Of a stretch of 64,000 nucleotides of DNA, positions 63,121 through 64,000 are shown one piece after another. A model generated the notes under the pieces. That model searched no databases. It had not been told where the DNA came from and saw nothing but the letters and a program-made list of their open reading frames with translations. The DNA is from Carcharhinus longimanus (taxonomy: Eukaryota). The DNA lies in contig JASCQW010000132.1 of assembly GCA_030264375.1 (NCBI GenBank), positions 66,680,014 through 66,744,013 of the forward strand, in the 5' to 3' direction. The first letter of the stretch is position 1. Each line of letters opens with the position of its first letter. The translations under genes and the position numbers were made by a program.

Positions 63121-64000
63121 TAAGATGATGAAAGCAGTTGACACAGTCATTGAGGGAAACTGTTTCCTTTGGTGGGGGTAGTCTTAAAATGAGAGTTGAA
63201 CCACTCAGGAGTGATGACAGAAAGCATTTCTTCACACAGTTGGAAAGATGAAACACTTTCCTTCAAAATGCTGTTGAGACTGAGGTCATCTGAAAATGTC
63301 AAAACTGAGATTGGTAGATTAGGGGTTACGAAATCAAACTGAGTAAATGACAATACAAATCAGCCATGATACAATTTAATCATAGAACAGGTTCTGAGGG
63401 CAGAATGGCCTACTCTGTCCCTATATCTGAAACTTACTGGGCTGAATTTTCCAGCACTTCTCGCCAGCAGGATTTTTCCGGTCCCATTAGTGGGTTCCCC
63501 AGTGGCAGAGGGTGCGAGCCATGGAAAATCGCATTGACATCACAGCCATACCTTCAGGTCAATGGTGAGCCACGGATCGCCTCCACTGCTGGGAAATGTG
63601 CCATGGCGGGGCTGGAAAATCCCACCCATTGCTCTCTTAAAGGAAACCTCAGTCTCATCTTTAAATTGTACAGATTCCATTCTCCATACAGGAACCTGAA
63701 TTAAAGTTGCTGAATATTACCGATTTATTCAAAGGAGGTCCCATTCATAGAACCAACTATTTATAAATGGCTGATTCGCATCACATTATTTCTATTGAAA
63801 TATTTCAATATGTAGCTGGCTGAGATCCTACTGCAGCGCAATCATGGGACCAATAATTTGATTTTGATTTGTGGCCTCTCCCCTGTATTTACTGGAACAC
63901 ATGCATTATTTAAGATTCAAATCTATTGCAGCTCTACCTCTGTGCATCTGATGACAGCTTGCTTGATTGGATTTTATCTGTGTTACTGCCTCTTTAAAGT

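Overview
Vertebrate genomic DNA from a draft assembly with 13 N-gaps. The repeat content (HE1-type V-SINEs, CR1/HER1, Rex1, Penelope-like and Harbinger remnants) points to a cartilaginous fish, probably a shark; this is an inference. The only host gene I can support is a complete four-exon BET1 (Golgi Qc-SNARE, 111 aa) on the + strand, with CDS exons at 1583-1601, 5423-5526, 7702-7758 and 8864-9019 and a CpG-rich promoter at about 1115-1600. The remaining ~55 kb is repeat-rich and I recognise no coding exons in it; nearly all listed ORFs are spurious or transposon debris. The most interesting structure is three distinct families of Penelope-like element (PLE) derivatives. Their inverted terminal repeats carry degenerate minimal hammerhead-ribozyme cores (CTGAnGA...GAAA with a palindromic helix III), and one core has been split by a SINE with a 7-bp target-site duplication. 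PLE hammerheads are a known class, so these are at most locally undescribed families. I found no convincing new biological system. Repeat boundaries were read by eye and are approximate.
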